Source: a bacterium (lineage in GTDB: Bacteria; Patescibacteriota; Microgenomatia; Levybacterales; UBA12049). Taken from it: DNA of 34,874 nucleotides. The notes under the pieces are model-generated. The model saw nothing but the letters and a program-made list of their open reading frames with translations. It had not been told where the DNA came from and searched no databases. The position numbers and the translations under genes were made by a program. Shown piece after piece: positions 1 to 9,460 of this stretch. The stretch covers positions 1 through 34,874 of the forward strand of contig JAKAEF010000001.1 in assembly GCA_021820025.1 (NCBI GenBank). The letters are read 5' to 3'. The first letter of the stretch is position 1, and every line of letters begins with the position of its first letter.

Positions 1-912
1 TTACTATTTATTACATTTATAATAGCTGGTGTTGGCTTTGGATTATTTCATTCCATTGCTTTTGGTCTTGTATCAGAATGGTCTGATAGATCAACTAGAG
101 GAAAACAACTTGCAAACTTTACCGCTAGCGGAGACATTGGGAAAATTGCGTTAACAACTGTGTTAACAATTATTATTGGATTTATTGGATGGCGCTTTAC
201 TGCATTTTTTTATGGGATAGTTGCTCTTTTCTGCTTACTGCTATTTATAAAACTTCTTTCATCATCAGAAAAATTTCATACAACAACAAAATCACAAACA
301 ATTTCTGTTCCATTACACGACTTTTTTACAAATATATCTTTTGTTACGGCAAATTTTGTAAACATTTTTGACACTCTGGCAAGTACGTCTCTCTATATCT
401 TTTTACCTTTTTTACTTATGAAAAGAGGAATCAATCCCAGTACGCTTGGTGCTTTTACAGCAATGTTTTTTTTAGGAAATTTTTTAGGGAAAACACTCTT
501 AGGAAGATTAGTAGATAAATATAGCAATACAAAAATATTTATTATTTCAGAAATTTCCATGGCAATTTTTATATTTATTTTGGCCAATGCATTATCTCCA
601 ATTATTATTTTTGGAGCAGCAATAGCTCTTGGTATTTTTACCAAAGGAACTGTTCCTGTTGTAAAAAGTATGATTTCTGAATCTGTAGAACATCATCAAA
701 ATTTTGATAAAGCATTTGGTATTAATACTATTATAGCCAGTACCGCTGCAGCTCTTGCTCCTTTAATTTTAGGATTTTTATCTAATTCTTATGGAATTGT
801 GCTAGCATTTAATTTTTGTGCAGTGAGTGCTCTTCTGGCAATAATACCTGCTACAATTTATAAAATAGTTCATGGAAAACTACCAAAACCTCAACTGGCA
901 ACGGCAGAATAA
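1..912 (+). CDS. MFS-type transporter, 5'-truncated by the window edge
   Basis: Frame 1 is open from nt 1 to the TAA at 910-912. The listed ORF start at 160 is an internal GTG. The translation is a series of hydrophobic helices, and nt 1-160 encode ...GLFHSIAFGLVSEWSDRSTRGKQL..., an MFS-style cytoplasmic loop. Confidence 0.7.
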   Translation, partial: LLFITFIIAGVGFGLFHSIAFGLVSEWSDRSTRGKQLANFTASGDIGKIALTTVLTIIIGFIGWRFTAFFYGIVALFCLLLFIKLLSSSEKFHTTTKSQTISVPLHDFFTNISFVTANFVNIFDTLASTSLYIFLPFLLMKRGINPSTLGAFTAMFFLGNFLGKTLLGRLVDKYSNTKIFIISEISMAIFIFILANALSPIIIFGAAIALGIFTKGTVPVVKSMISESVEHHQNFDKAFGINTIIASTAAALAPLILGFLSNSYGIVLAFNFCAVSALLAIIPATIYKIVHGKLPKPQLATAE

Positions 913-1689
913 TTAGCCTTTTGGAAAGAGAGCTATCGCGATTTTTTTTGCTCTATGTAAAAGAGGTATATTTTCTTGAGAAACAAGACGGTCTTCTCTT
1001 ATTTTTTCTGGAGCTTTCCCTTCAGCAAAATCTTTAAGAGCTAATATAACATTTTCGTGTTCTATAGGTAAAAGTTTTGCTTGAATTTGCTCAGCTGTAT
1101 GCTTAATAAATTCCTGAACTGGAATACTATTTTCACAATCTTCAGGAGTAATTCTTCTATCAATTTTGGGTAAACCCATTTTTATAGTTCTTATTAAGTT
1201 TCCACGATCAAATTCTTCAGTTACAAAATGTACATCACTTTCTGTCCAAGGGTCTTGGTCTTTTGTAAATAAACAGTACAAAAGTCTTGCACAGCTAACT
1301 CTTGTCCCATACATACCTTTCCCCCCAAAATCTTCATAACCCGGATCCAATGGCCCTGGATGTTGATTTATAATTTTTTTAGGATAGGCAGTAATAACAG
1401 TTTTTGGAAGCAATGGTAACCAACCATTTTGAGAAACAAATTCAGCATTATATTTTTGTAGTGTTTTGAGGATCGCATTTCCAAAATCCTCATCTGTTTG
1501 AAATCCTTTTCTGTTAATAATCTCTGTTGGAATACCAAAAGCTTTTGCTTTTTCAATACCTTTTACATAAGGATTACTGCCTATAACAACAACCGGCATG
1601 ACAAGATTAGTTAAAACGCCATTTTGGGCAGCAGATATAATTGCCTGTGCTGTCGTCCCTCCTCCAGAAATCAAAATTCCCAGTTTCAT
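913..1689 (-). CDS. PurN-like formyltransferase (Formyl_trans_N family)
   Basis: The ORF runs 913-1725, but the 1725 start is TTG. The first ATG is at 1689 (MKLGILISGGGTTAQAI...). INQHPGPL supplies the N-x-H of the PurN catalytic triad, and DVHFVTEEFDRGNLI supplies H...D-x-G. The stop codon directly abuts the MFS stop. Confidence 0.6.
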   Translation of the reverse strand: MKLGILISGGGTTAQAIISAAQNGVLTNLVMPVVVIGSNPYVKGIEKAKAFGIPTEIINRKGFQTDEDFGNAILKTLQKYNAEFVSQNGWLPLLPKTVITAYPKKIINQHPGPLDPGYEDFGGKGMYGTRVSCARLLYCLFTKDQDPWTESDVHFVTEEFDRGNLIRTIKMGLPKIDRRITPEDCENSIPVQEFIKHTAEQIQAKLLPIEHENVILALKDFAEGKAPEKIREDRLVSQENIPLLHRAKKIAIALFPKG

Positions 1690-1740
1690 AACATGTATTG
1701 TAAATTGAATAGGATTCTTCGTCAATTAGAGTAACTAAAG

Positions 1741-2070
1741 TTATTTCTTTTTCTTTTTTAATACTCTTATATCATTATGAAATTCTTCTTTTAATTTTTT
1801 TGTCGCTAGAATCATTTTTTCTTCAACATTTTCAATTCTTGCTCTCAAAAATTTCCAAATATGATCATGATTATCATGATACACATGTGCTAAGAACATT
1901 TTTTTATCTTTTTCAGGAAGTTCTGAAAGAATTACATCTAAAATAATCGTATGCACATTGGTTTTAATAATGGCAATGAGATGTTCCTTCTCTTGAGGTT
2001 TTAAAGATAACTGATCTAATTCTATAATTAAGGAATCGATCTCTATAATATGATCATAAAATTGTTTCAT
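1741..2070 (-). CDS. hypothetical small helical protein (109 aa)
   Basis: Listed ORF 1741-2214 overlaps the upstream gene. An internal ATG at 2070 (MKQFYDHIIEID...) lies 2 nt after the upstream stop at 2073-2075, giving a clean operon junction. I recognised no motif. The C-terminus is K-rich. Confidence 0.55.
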   Translation of the reverse strand: MKQFYDHIIEIDSLIIELDQLSLKPQEKEHLIAIIKTNVHTIILDVILSELPEKDKKMFLAHVYHDNHDHIWKFLRARIENVEEKMILATKKLKEEFHNDIRVLKKKKK

Positions 2071-2072
2071 AG

Positions 2073-2960
2073 TTATTGTAACGATTGTACCGGCCCAAGC
2101 GGTACCGATGAATCCTGAATAAAAAATATTAAAACAGCCCCCTTTGCTGCTCCGTCCACCCTTCCTAAGTATTGCATAACTTCTGGTGATCCGCCAAAGC
2201 TTTTTCCAGTCCATTCTGATGGTCCGGAATCAGCAATATCTGCAACAATTGCGCGTCCATTATTTGGATTTACAACAAGCACTTTTCTATATTTAAAAAA
2301 ATTATTGTATTCGGCTACATGCTGCATGTATCCGGGAGATAAAAACGTCTCTACTGCAACATAGTACTTTTCCCGTAATTTATCTTCTTGTGTCAACTGA
2401 CTCTCTGATGGAGCAAAATAACCCCACGCTCCAAGACCCGGTGCCATACCTGAAGACCAATACAAAGACGCATCTGTAGAATTATCAAAGTGTGAATCCA
2501 TTGTATTACCTGGATATAAAGCTAAATGCTGCTCTTCACCAATATATCCATAAGTTCTATTAAGTCGAATGCCATTTAGTTCTGGCGTTACTTGAATACC
2601 ATAGGTACTACTCAAAAGTTGAGCTATATTTTTCTCTTCATCTGGGATTAAAGGTCTTATTTCATGAGGTAAAACATTATATAAATCAGAAAAGAAAAAG
2701 GTTTTTTTATCTAAATTAAGAAACTGCTCTTGAGCGTATGCAGGAGTTACTTTTGCAGACAAATTTCCTGAAGAAGATAGCAATAAAAACCCAACTAAGC
2801 TACTAAGCATCCATTGCTTTGGCCTATTTACAAACCAATCCAAAACATCTGCATGCTTATTCCATAAAGAAGCTTGAAGTTCTTTGTGGCGATCTGTCCA
2901 TTTTTGAGCAAGCGCGTCATAATGGGAGACCTTCTTCTTAAAAAAGGGCAGCTGTACCAT
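2073..2960 (-). CDS. membrane-anchored secreted protein with RlpA/expansin-like double-psi beta-barrel C-terminus
   Basis: The ORF start at 2999 is TTG; the first ATG is at 2960 (MVQLPFFKKK...). There is one N-terminal anchor helix (WMLSSLVGFLLLSSSG). The C-terminal KVLVVNPNNGRAIVADIADSGPS...GGSPEVMQYLG resembles the DPBB signature V-x-V-x-N..NG+..V.V.D.GP. Confidence 0.5.
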   Translation of the reverse strand: MVQLPFFKKKVSHYDALAQKWTDRHKELQASLWNKHADVLDWFVNRPKQWMLSSLVGFLLLSSSGNLSAKVTPAYAQEQFLNLDKKTFFFSDLYNVLPHEIRPLIPDEEKNIAQLLSSTYGIQVTPELNGIRLNRTYGYIGEEQHLALYPGNTMDSHFDNSTDASLYWSSGMAPGLGAWGYFAPSESQLTQEDKLREKYYVAVETFLSPGYMQHVAEYNNFFKYRKVLVVNPNNGRAIVADIADSGPSEWTGKSFGGSPEVMQYLGRVDGAAKGAVLIFFIQDSSVPLGPVQSLQ

Positions 2961-2966
2961 AGAATT

Positions 2967-2996
2967 ATCATAGCAAATAAAATAGCAAGAAGTCAG
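2967..2996 (-). promoter_or_regulatory. promoter for the DPBB-protein operon, with leaderless geometry
   Basis: The minus strand reads CTGACT (2996-2991), 18 nt, then TATGAT (2972-2967). Six nt follow before the ATG at 2960. Confidence 0.35.
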
Positions 2997-3024
2997 CAAC
3001 CTATCGTAAAGTTGGTAAATTTAC

Positions 3025-3030
3025 TATAAT
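3025..3030 (+). promoter_or_regulatory. -10 box for the rsmB-family gene, with leaderless geometry
   Basis: TATAAT at 3025-3030 lies 7 nt before the ATG at 3038. I saw no convincing -35 box and no Shine-Dalgarno. Confidence 0.35.
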
Positions 3031-3037
3031 ACAAGCT

Positions 3038-4003
3038 ATGACAAATCAAACAAGCCAATTACCAGAAAAATTTCTGACTAGATTATCAGAAATGTATAGT
3101 CCAGAAGAGCAAAAACAAATACTACAAGCTTTCTCTCATAAAAATCCACCTACTTTTCGGGCAAATACATTAAAGATTTCACCTGAAGAATTAAGAGAGG
3201 AATTAGCAAAGCAAGACATACTTGTAGAAACTGTTCCCTGGTATAAAGATGCATTTATTTTAATTAATCAACCACAAAAAGTATTGACAGCAACACAATT
3301 GTATACCGATGGGTATTTTTATGTGCAAAGTTTATCTAGTATGATCCCACCGCTTGTTTTAGATCCAAAACCTGGAAAAAAAATACTTGATATTACTGCA
3401 GCACCTGGCAGTAAAACAACACAAATGGCAGCTTTAATGGCAAATAGTGGAGAAATTATTGCAAATGACAAAAGTAGAGTACGGTTATATAAACTTGAAG
3501 CAAATTTAAAACAACAAGGAGTAACAAATACAAAAATTACTTATATGCCAGCCCAAACAATTTGGAAAAAGTTTCCTGAATATTTTGATAAGACACTTGT
3601 CGATGTTCCGTGTAGTATGGAAGGAAGATTTTTTATAGAAAATCCAAAGAGTTTTGTAGATTGGTCGACAAATAAGATAGACTTTTTGCAAGATATTCAA
3701 AAATATATCCTAAGATCTGCAATTTCTGCAACCAAGGTAGGTGGTGAAATTGTGTATTCAACCTGTACACTCTCTCCAGAAGAAAATGAATCTGTTATTG
3801 ATTGGATACTCAAAAAAGAGCAAGGTGCTATTGTTATTGAACCAATTCAAATACCAAATTTGGAATTTGCTAAAACGCTAACTCATTGGAAACAAAAAAT
3901 CTATAATCCTGAAATTAGTAATACTGCTAGAATTTTACCTTCTCTGTTAATGGAAGGATTTTTTATAGCAAAACTTAAAAAAATTAGATCAACTCTCCAA
4001 TAG
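3038..4003 (+). CDS. RsmB/RsmF/NOP2-family RNA m5C methyltransferase
   Basis: The SAM-binding motif is ILDITAAPGSKTT. The two catalytic-cysteine motifs are DVPCSMEGRF and YSTCTLSPEENE. Confidence 0.85.
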   Translation: MTNQTSQLPEKFLTRLSEMYSPEEQKQILQAFSHKNPPTFRANTLKISPEELREELAKQDILVETVPWYKDAFILINQPQKVLTATQLYTDGYFYVQSLSSMIPPLVLDPKPGKKILDITAAPGSKTTQMAALMANSGEIIANDKSRVRLYKLEANLKQQGVTNTKITYMPAQTIWKKFPEYFDKTLVDVPCSMEGRFFIENPKSFVDWSTNKIDFLQDIQKYILRSAISATKVGGEIVYSTCTLSPEENESVIDWILKKEQGAIVIEPIQIPNLEFAKTLTHWKQKIYNPEISNTARILPSLLMEGFFIAKLKKIRSTLQ

Positions 4004-4322
4004 ATTACTTGCCTTTATTTCAAAAAAATTTCTACAATGTTTTTCGTGTTTACTTTTTTTTACACATCCTACTGCGTTGAGAACATTTCTCCTTGCTTGC
4101 TATTCTTGGAGCAATTATTACAACAATCTCCCTTCAGGCATATGTAAAAATTACAAAATGGTTTAATACGAGAAGAGCAAGAACATATGTTAGCGCTATC
4201 AGAAACCTTATCCCGCATTTATTTATGCAATCGCTGTTTATTTTACTTGTATTAATGTGAAGTTGGTCGGGAATTTAGATATTTGCTAATTTAAAATTTT
4301 GAAAAAAACAATTAACATTTAG

Positions 4323-6971
4323 TTAATTAGGATAATGACATTTTTTGTATTTCTTCCCAGATCCACACCAGCAAGGATCATTTCTTCCAGGTTTTTTATC
4401 TGTTTTTTTTGGTTGCTTTTTACTGTTAGTTGAAACTTCTTGTGCTGGTGTATTTTCTTGAATATTTTGTATTGGTTGATTGGCTGGCTGAATTTGAATT
4501 TTGTAAATTCTATGAACTATTTCATCATCAATTCTGCCAATTAATTTTTCAAATAATTTAAATGCTTCATTTTTATACTCTACCAATGGATCTCTTTGTC
4601 CATATCCTCTCAGACCAATTCCTTGTCTTAGATTTTCTATTACATCTAAATGATCCATCCAAATCGTATCAATAACAGAAAGCATGACAAATCGTTCAAT
4701 TTGTCTTGCCAAATCTGTTCCAAGATTTTGTTCTCGTTTGTTATATAAATCTATTGCAACATTTGTTAAAAACTCTGTTTTTTCTAAAGGAGCATGATAT
4801 TGTTCTAACTGCATTACTAATTGTTTTTGGGAATTTTCATCAAAAGGAATTATTGTAATAAATTCTGAAATAATTTTTTCATTACTTCCCTCTGCTTCTC
4901 CAAGCATGACAACTTCCGCGACAGATGCAGAAATTTTTTCTAAAATATCATTTTTTAATGCCTCTTTGTCTGTACTTTCTAAAATTTTCTTTCTTCTAAC
5001 ATAAATAATTTCACGTTGCTTATTTAATACATCATCATAATCAACTAAATGCTTTCTCATATCAAAATTAAATCCTTCAACTTTTATTTGTGCTTGTTCT
5101 ATTGCACGAGAAACCAATGGGTGAGTAAGCGGCACATCTTCTGGCATATTAAATCGCGTCATCATATTGGCAATTGCTTCTCCTCCAAAAAGTCGCATAA
5201 TTTCGTCATCTAATGCTACATAAAATTGAGAAGTTCCTGGATCTCCTTGTCGACCTGCTCGACCTCTTAGTTGGTTATCAATTCTTCGGGATTCATGTCG
5301 TTCTGTACCAATAATAAATAATCCTCCTAATTCCAAAACTTCTTTATGCTGCTTTTCCCATTTTTTGTATTCTGGAGAACTTGTTTTTGTTGTTCCATCT
5401 GTATTTTTAGGAGTTTCTCCTCCTAAAATAATATCTACTCCTCGACCCGCCATATTGGTTGCAACAGTTACAGACCCTTTTTCTCCTGCTTTTGCAATAA
5501 TTTCTGCTTCTCTTTCATGATTTTTTGCATTTAATACTTCATGTTTAATTCCCCGTCGTTGTAACAGTTGAGAAACAATTTCGTTTTTATCGATTGACGT
5601 TGTACCAACTAAAACAGGTTGTCCTCTTTTATGTGCTTTTTCAATTGCATCAACAACTGCTGTATATTTTGCTCTTCCTGTTTTATAGACAGCATCAGAT
5701 AAATCAATTCTTTGTACATTTTTGTTTGTTGGTATAACAACAACGTCTAATTTATAAATTTTGTGAAATTCTTCTGCTTCTGTTACTGCTGTACCTGTCA
5801 TACCTGCTAATTTCTCATACATACGGAAATAATTTTGCAAAGAAACAGTTGCCAATGTTTTTGATTCTCTCTGTATAGGAACATTTTCTTTTGCTTCTAT
5901 TGCCTGATGCAATCCTTCTGAAAGTCTTCTTCCAACCATTAAGCGACCTGTAAATTCATCTACCAAAATCACTTGATTATCTTTTATAATGTAATCTTTT
6001 TCTCTATGGAAAAGTGTTTTGGCTTTAAGTGCAGCTTCTAAATGATAAACAGTATCAAAATCTTTTTCGTAAATATCCGCAATACCAAATAATTTTTCTA
6101 TTTTTGCAATTCCATGTTCTGTTAAATGTGCTGTGCGCAGTTTCTCATCTATTTTAAAATCAGTATCTGCCGATAATTTTTCAACAATTTTTGCATATTC
6201 ATAATATTTTTGTGTTGGAACTTCATCTGGAGCAGAGATAATATGTGGCGTTCTTGCTTCATCAATTAATACAGAATCAACTTCATCAACAATAGCAAAA
6301 TAATATCCTCTTTGAACCAATTGGCTGCTATCTTGTGCCATATTGTCTCTCAAATAATCAAATCCAAATTCTGAATTAATACCATACACGACATCTGCTG
6401 CATATGCCTCTTTTCGAGAAACTTCTTTTAAATGAACTAATCTAAAATCAGTTGCTTTTTCATTTACATATTTCGGATCGTAGATAAAAGATTGTTCGTT
6501 AATAATTGCACTTACACTGACTCCCAATAAATGGAAAACAGGCCCCATCCATCCAGCATCTCTTCTAGCCAAATAATCATTAACAGTTACCAAATGTACG
6601 TTTTTACCGGTTAAGCTATGTAAATAAAGTGCCGGAACTGCAGACATAGTTTTTCCTTCTCCTGTTTTTTGTTCTGCTATTTTGCCTGATGCCAAAGTAA
6701 TTGCTGCCATAAGTTGTACGTCATAATGACGCATTCCTAGTGTCCTAACGGCTGCTTCTCTAACAAGAGCAAAGGCCTCGGGTAAAAGCATTTCTATTGG
6801 GTCACCATCTTGAATTCTTTCTTTAAATTCCAAAGTTTTTTTTACAAAATCTGCGACTTTTAGTTTTTTAAATTTTTCTTCAAAACTGTTAATTTGGGCA
6901 ACAAGAGGCAAAAGCTTATTTACTTCTTTTTCATTAGAATCAAATAGTTTGGAAAAAAGGGAAAACGCCAT
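4323..6971 (-). CDS. secA: preprotein translocase ATPase SecA
   Basis: 882 aa. The Walker A-like motif is MKTGEGKT-type (QKTGEGKTMSA). The DEAD-like motif is IVDEVDSVLIDEARTP. TNMAGRGVDI is present, as is the C-terminal zinc finger CWCGSGKKYKKCH. Confidence 0.97.
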   Translation of the reverse strand: MAFSLFSKLFDSNEKEVNKLLPLVAQINSFEEKFKKLKVADFVKKTLEFKERIQDGDPIEMLLPEAFALVREAAVRTLGMRHYDVQLMAAITLASGKIAEQKTGEGKTMSAVPALYLHSLTGKNVHLVTVNDYLARRDAGWMGPVFHLLGVSVSAIINEQSFIYDPKYVNEKATDFRLVHLKEVSRKEAYAADVVYGINSEFGFDYLRDNMAQDSSQLVQRGYYFAIVDEVDSVLIDEARTPHIISAPDEVPTQKYYEYAKIVEKLSADTDFKIDEKLRTAHLTEHGIAKIEKLFGIADIYEKDFDTVYHLEAALKAKTLFHREKDYIIKDNQVILVDEFTGRLMVGRRLSEGLHQAIEAKENVPIQRESKTLATVSLQNYFRMYEKLAGMTGTAVTEAEEFHKIYKLDVVVIPTNKNVQRIDLSDAVYKTGRAKYTAVVDAIEKAHKRGQPVLVGTTSIDKNEIVSQLLQRRGIKHEVLNAKNHEREAEIIAKAGEKGSVTVATNMAGRGVDIILGGETPKNTDGTTKTSSPEYKKWEKQHKEVLELGGLFIIGTERHESRRIDNQLRGRAGRQGDPGTSQFYVALDDEIMRLFGGEAIANMMTRFNMPEDVPLTHPLVSRAIEQAQIKVEGFNFDMRKHLVDYDDVLNKQREIIYVRRKKILESTDKEALKNDILEKISASVAEVVMLGEAEGSNEKIISEFITIIPFDENSQKQLVMQLEQYHAPLEKTEFLTNVAIDLYNKREQNLGTDLARQIERFVMLSVIDTIWMDHLDVIENLRQGIGLRGYGQRDPLVEYKNEAFKLFEKLIGRIDDEIVHRIYKIQIQPANQPIQNIQENTPAQEVSTNSKKQPKKTDKKPGRNDPCWCGSGKKYKKCHYPN

Positions 6972-6977
6972 ATATTT

Positions 6978-7006
6978 ATCTTAACACAACATGAATCTAG
7001 CTTCAA
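6978..7006 (-). promoter_or_regulatory. promoter for secA, with leaderless geometry
   Basis: The minus strand reads TTGAAG (7006-7001), 17 nt, then TAAGAT (6983-6978). Six nt follow before the ATG at 6971. Confidence 0.4.
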
Positions 7007-7012
7007 TCAAAG

Positions 7013-8269
7013 CTACTTTTTGGGAGATATTGTATCCTTTCCCAGGTATTTTTGAAGGACTTCTGGAATAACAATACTTCCATCTTTTTGTTGATAATTT
7101 TCTAAAATTGCAATTAATGTTCTTCCAATAGCAAATGCCGTTCCATTTAATACATTTACATATTTTTTTTCTTGTCCGTCTGTGTATTTAATATTAAGTC
7201 TCTTTGACTGGAAATTAGTAATTGTTGATGCACTGGTTACTTCTCTATATTTATTTTGTCCAGGCATCCATGCTTCTATGTCGTATTTTCTTGCAGTTGG
7301 AAAACCTAAATCTCCAGTGCACATTTTAACAACTTGATATGGAATTTTTAATAGTTGGAATAATTTTTCTTCAAGAGACAATAAATATTCATGCGCTTCG
7401 TCATCTTTTCCTTCTTCTACCATCATAACCATTTCTACTTTATCAAATTGATGGACACGTAAAATTCCTCTGGTATCTTTTCCATAACTTCCCGCTTCCC
7501 GTCTAAATGCTGTAGAAAATCCGGCAATTTTTAAGGGCAATTGTTTTTTATCTACTGTTGTGTCCATATACATTGGTACTAAAGAATGCTCAGCAGTTCC
7601 TACCAATGTTAAACCATCTTTTTCCAAATGAAACATATCTTCTGATCCACCATGTTCCATATATCCCATACCTTTCATTGTTGTTGTTTTAATTAAAACT
7701 GGTGGAACCACTGGAGTAAATCCTTCTTGCAATAATGTATTAAATGCCAACTGAACTAATGCAAATTCTAATAATGCTCCTTCATTTTTTAAATAATTAA
7801 ATCTTGCGCCACTTACTTTTCCTGCAGATTTAACATCTATAATGTCTAATGCTTCACCTAATTCCAAATGATCTTTTGGAGTAAAATCAAATGTTGGAGG
7901 TTCTCCCCACGTTTTTACAACATCGTTTTCTGTATCATTTTTACCAACCTTTACATCTGGTTTTGGAAGATTTGGAATAAGAGACAATTTTTCTGTTAAT
8001 AATTTTTCTGCTTGTTCTAAGTGAAGTGATTCTTTTTCTAAGTCTTCTTTTATTTGTTTCCCTTTTGCAATTTGTTCTGGAGCTGGCTTGCCTTTAATTT
8101 CTTTTGCTTGTGTATTTCTTTCTTCTTGAAGTTTTTGAACTATTTTTTGTGCTTCGTGTCTTTTTTTATCTAACTCAAGAATTTCTGCAACATTAACTGT
8201 TACACCTTTACTTAAAGCTGCCTTAGCAACTTGTTCCGCATTTTCTCTAAAAAATTTTATGTCTATCAT
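7013..8269 (-). CDS. serS: seryl-tRNA synthetase
   Basis: The canonical N-terminus MIDIKFFRENAEQV starts at ATG 8269, in an ATGA overlap with the rdgB stop. The listed 8320 start would overlap rdgB. Class II motifs include FRREAGSYGKDTRGILRVHQFDKVE and GTAFAIGRTLIAILENYQ. Confidence 0.95.
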   Translation of the reverse strand: MIDIKFFRENAEQVAKAALSKGVTVNVAEILELDKKRHEAQKIVQKLQEERNTQAKEIKGKPAPEQIAKGKQIKEDLEKESLHLEQAEKLLTEKLSLIPNLPKPDVKVGKNDTENDVVKTWGEPPTFDFTPKDHLELGEALDIIDVKSAGKVSGARFNYLKNEGALLEFALVQLAFNTLLQEGFTPVVPPVLIKTTTMKGMGYMEHGGSEDMFHLEKDGLTLVGTAEHSLVPMYMDTTVDKKQLPLKIAGFSTAFRREAGSYGKDTRGILRVHQFDKVEMVMMVEEGKDDEAHEYLLSLEEKLFQLLKIPYQVVKMCTGDLGFPTARKYDIEAWMPGQNKYREVTSASTITNFQSKRLNIKYTDGQEKKYVNVLNGTAFAIGRTLIAILENYQQKDGSIVIPEVLQKYLGKDTISPKK

Positions 8270-8877
8270 ATGTGCAGCTGTTCTTTTATTATAGATTTTA
8301 TTGCATTTACTGCCTTCCATCGGTGATTATACTCTTTCATCTCTCTATCGGTCAATTCGCTTTCATGATAGTATTTGTTTATTTCTGGTAAGTAAAAAAA
8401 CGATCTGTAGGGATATCCATGAAGTACTTTTATAAGTGGCTCTTTCGCAATGACTCCTTCAACATGTCCATTTACTTGCCAATAGGAGCCCTCAGGAAGA
8501 GCCAAAGTAATGACTGTTTGAAAAACAGCTTTTCTATTATCCTCTGGTAATTCTTTTGCTACTTTTTTCATTTTTTCAATAATTGCATCATCTTTTCCCT
8601 CTGGTCCTGCCCAGTACCTACTTTGTACCCCAGGTTCATTATTTAAAGCGCTAATTTCAAGACCACCGTCATCACTAATTGCGGGTATTCCTGATAATTT
8701 TGCATAGGTAACAGCTTTTAATCTTGAATTTTCTTCGTAAGTGGTCCCTGTTTCTTCAACATCTTGGGATATTCCTACATCTTTAAGTGAAACTAATTTA
8801 ACAGGAAGATCTTTTAAAAATTCTCCTATCTCTTTTATTTTTCCTTTATTTGTAGTTGCAATAAGCAGCTTTTGCAT
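8266..8877 (-). CDS. rdgB: non-canonical purine NTP pyrophosphatase (RdgB/HAM1)
   Basis: ATG 8877 gives MQKLLIATTNKGKIKEIGEFL, the typical Ham1 N-terminus (T-x-N-x-x-K...E). It lies 4 nt downstream of the HD gene stop. The longer listed ORF overlaps the HD gene. Confidence 0.85.
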   Translation of the reverse strand: MQKLLIATTNKGKIKEIGEFLKDLPVKLVSLKDVGISQDVEETGTTYEENSRLKAVTYAKLSGIPAISDDGGLEISALNNEPGVQSRYWAGPEGKDDAIIEKMKKVAKELPEDNRKAVFQTVITLALPEGSYWQVNGHVEGVIAKEPLIKVLHGYPYRSFFYLPEINKYYHESELTDREMKEYNHRWKAVNAIKSIIKEQLHI

Positions 8878-8881
8878 AGAG

Positions 8882-9460
8882 TTATAAACCAATTTCTGAA
8901 GCAATGCTCTGCATTGCAGAAAGAGTAATGGCAATAAACTTGTCCAGAGGAATTCCTAATTTAGTTTCACATAACTTAATATTTTCTCTATCTACACCTT
9001 TAGAAAAACCAGATGTATTAAATTTTTTAAGTATAAATTCTGGTGTCATAGATGAAAGTTTTTTATCAGGATGTACAAGTGTTGAGGAGACAACCAATCC
9101 AGTCAGTTGATCAACTGTCGTAATTGCCCAATCTAAATCAGATTCCGGTTGTACATGTGTCATTGTGTAATTATGTGCTTTTATTGCATGTGCCATTGGT
9201 TCTGGAATAATATTTGGATTTTCTTCAAACAACAAAATTCCATGCTTATCTAACTTATTTTCTTTTTGTGCAACTTCGTAATCTACATCGTGAAGTAGAC
9301 CGGTAATTCCCCAAAGTTCTTCCGTCTCTGCATGATAATCACTACTGTGCAGATGCTTATAAATTCCTTTCATTGCTGCTTCAGCTGCCAAACAATGTTT
9401 AATAAGATTTTTATTTTGCAAATAAGTTGTTAATAATGTATATGCTTCTTGCCTTGTCAT
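8882..9460 (-). CDS. HD-domain metal-dependent phosphohydrolase
   Basis: 192 aa with H...HD signature residues (HCLAAEAAM ... GLLHDVDYE). Its start overlaps the lysS stop (ATGA at 9457-9460). Confidence 0.7.
   Translation of the reverse strand: MTRQEAYTLLTTYLQNKNLIKHCLAAEAAMKGIYKHLHSSDYHAETEELWGITGLLHDVDYEVAQKENKLDKHGILLFEENPNIIPEPMAHAIKAHNYTMTHVQPESDLDWAITTVDQLTGLVVSSTLVHPDKKLSSMTPEFILKKFNTSGFSKGVDRENIKLCETKLGIPLDKFIAITLSAMQSIASEIGL

Noticed and set aside
2073-2214. 142-nt overlap between ORFs 1741-2214 and 2073-2999, which might suggest a frameshifted pseudogene.
   Set aside because: The overlap disappears if the downstream gene starts at the internal ATG 2070, 2 nt after the upstream stop. 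Both reading frames are then intact and separate.
8266-8934. N-terminal extensions from ORF-track starts: serS 8320, rdgB 8934, greA 26123 (TTG), acs 21933 (TTG), GNAT 22550 (TTG), VOC 33309, PurN-like 1725 (TTG), DPBB 2999 (TTG), SBP 29945 and NTase 28093.
   Set aside because: In each case a downstream ATG gives the canonical family N-terminus and removes the overlap with the upstream gene or promoter. I treat the extended starts as artefacts of maximal-ORF calling.
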